This document shows positions 61,876 through 64,000 of a DNA stretch of 64,000 nt, piece after piece. Each line of letters begins with the position of its first letter. The stretch's first letter is position 1. The position numbers and the translations under genes were made by a program. This stretch comes from Octopus sinensis (taxonomy: Eukaryota). The notes beneath the pieces are model-generated. The model was not told where the DNA came from, ran no database searches, and saw only the letters and a program-made list of their open reading frames with translations. Location: the NCBI RefSeq assembly GCF_006345805.1, contig NC_043003.1, forward strand, positions 11,408,001-11,472,000, given 5' to 3'.

Positions 61876-62654
61876 TTGAATAGCTGTGAGGGTCCTGTAG
61901 AGCAAAGCAGGAACCAAAGGGGTCCATAGCCAAGAACATGGTTGAGGAACATTTGGTTAGATGAGATTTATTGAAGGAAAGTTTGTGCAGCTGGGTACCC
62001 TTCCCTGTCACTAAATTTCCACTTGTTTCTAAACAAACTAATATTGCCCTGTGGCTGGATATTTTTTTCTCAAAAGATTGGAAACCAGTCACACTGCTTG
62101 TATGACAGTGGCGCTTGTTTACAACTATCTCTGTTATGTCGAGGCGAAGAGACACTTGCTCGTGCATCACATGTATGCATAGAAAGGGCTTCTTCTGGTT
62201 TTTGCCCAGAAGTTCAACTCACAAAGCTTTGTCAATCTGCAGCTACAGTAGGAGACACTTGCTCAGGGTGCCACAAAGTGGGGGCCAAATCTAAAACCAT
62301 GTAGACGAGAAGGAGATATGTTGTCAACCTCCTGATTGATTTCTGTGTGGATGCAATTTTTGATTCCAAAGCATTGTAATAATTGCAAGTTTGGTTTATG
62401 TAACACCAGAAGTCTTATTAAAGAACATGTATTTTGTCACAATATGGCTTCTGCAATTTGAAAACTGAAATAGAAGCAGATATAAATATACTTCTGTCAG
62501 TTCCACCTCCAAGTCTGTTCCATTATATCTGTTTTTGTTTTTTGTTTTCCAAGTTTGGGTTTTGACATTTATAACTTGATATTCTGGGTACCTCTGTGTA
62601 CACGTGCATGTGTGTTTGTGAGTGTTTGTGATTATGTGTGTGTGTGTGTGTGTG

Positions 62655-62915
62655 TGGCTCACAATCTTAAGGCCATAAGTTCAATTCCTGGTGGCATGTT
62701 AAGCCCTTGACCGAGTTGCTCTATTTCATGTTTCTCTGATCCACTCAGCTGTACCTGTAATTCAAAGGGGCCAGCCTTGCCACATTCTGTGTCTTGTTGA
62801 ATCGCCCTGAGAACTACATTAAGGGCACACGTGTCTGTGGTGTGCTCAGCCACTTGCACGTTAATTTCAAAAGCAAGCTGTTCCATTGGTCAAGTCAACT
62901 GGAACCCTCATCATT
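62655..62915 (+). mobile_element. tRNA SINE variant with gagaactacattaagggcacacgtgtctgtgg tail
   Basis: Tail fragment also at 45165-45270. Confidence 0.7.
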
Positions 62916-62933
62916 GTTTACTGACAGAGTGCT

Positions 62934-62965
<32 letters not shown>

Positions 62966-62990
62966 GAAGAGAGAGAGAGAAGAGAGAGAG

Positions 62991-63033
<43 letters not shown>

Positions 63034-63524
63034 CTTAATTTACCAAAGCTGAGAGTATAACTGTCCGAATAAGAAGAACCAATAGAATAACTAGTTGGTG
63101 TCTCTTGTCATCTTTCGTGTTATCCCTTCGTCTGTTCTGTGTATTGCATGTGATAAACAGGACATATCCCCCTGGCATCTATGCATCATTATATGATAAC
63201 CCATCCACCCTTTTTTTTTGTTACATCATCCAGAGTAATTTGGAACTTACGAAAGGAAAGTTTTATGTTACTCAAAACATATGAATCAAGATCTGTAGCT
63301 TCATGGCTGAACTTACGCCACATTTTACTGCTTGGGTTGGGGTGTGGTGGCAACAGAAAAATCATTAGGGCAGTGTGAAGTGTTTTCATTGCTTGTCCAC
63401 ACTGCATTGGTGCCTTGGGACATAAACCAGTGACCCTGTCAAACTCTCAGGCCACCCAACACCTTAACAACTCAGCCATGTGGAAGTCTTTACTGTTTTT
63501 GCTACCATTATCAATGCAGAAATT

Positions 63525-64000
63525 AAGGTGGCAAGCTGGCAGAATCGTTAGCATGGTGGGCAAAATGCTTAGTGGTATTTCGTCAGTCTTTACGTTCTGA
63601 GTTCAAATTCCGCCAATGTCAGTTTTGCCTTTCATCCTTTCGGGCTGATAAATTAAGTACCAGTTGCATACTGGAGTTAATCTAATCGACTGCCCCTCAA
63701 TCCCTAAAAATTTCGGGCCTTGTGCCTAGAATAGAAAAGAATTGTTAGCACACTGGGCAGCATTTTGGCTGTCTTTATGTTCCAAGTTCAAATTCCGCTG
63801 AGGTTGACTTTGCCTTTCACCCCTTTGGTGGCGGTGGTGGAGGGTTCGATAAAATAAGTGCCAGTTACATACTGGGGTTCGATGTAATTGACCCTCTTCT
63901 CTCCCCCTCCGAAATTCCTAAGCCTCATGCCAAAATCTGAAACCAATATTAATGTTTGCATAAAAGCTGTGAGCTGGCAGAATAGTTAGCATGCTGGGCA
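63525..64000 (+). mobile_element. Tandem Meta-type SINE copies, running off the window end
   Basis: Central domain repeated twice; third head at 63965. Confidence 0.85.

Overview
Repeat-saturated eukaryotic genomic DNA. The SINE/MITE repertoire and the compound-microsatellite load point to a coleoid cephalopod, most likely Octopus; this is inferred from family resemblance, with no search run. I see no intact protein-coding gene or autonomous element, and almost all long ORFs in the supplied track are microsatellite artefacts. Contents: (i) dozens of copies of four short retroposon families: a CORE-type tRNA SINE with an internal CA/TA microsatellite, a Meta-type SINE with (TAA)n tails, a second tRNA SINE, and a (GAT)n-tailed family; (ii) two TTAA-targeting piggyBac-type MITE families, hAT-like MITE ends and a Helentron/HINE-like fragment; (iii) a ~1.1-kb internally deleted Gypsy element with both LTRs, PPT, decayed PBS and integrase C-terminus, carrying a MITE nested in one LTR; (iv) an R4/Dong-like REL endonuclease remnant and Tc1-like and GIY-YIG-like remnants; (v) scattered minus-strand candidate exons, including micro-exons and an apparently duplicated exon pair, which may belong to one long-intron host gene that I cannot name. 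The most notable signal is two families of short, non-coding, microsatellite-embedded Penelope-type repeats carrying minimal hammerhead-ribozyme architecture (CUGAUGA-A-stem II-GAAA-ACGU micro-stem III-stem I). One family is arranged as a head-to-head foldback pair just upstream of a candidate start-codon exon. All in-window ribozyme copies carry some decay, so activity is a hypothesis about the family consensus. SINE coordinates are approximate (about +/-10 bp).
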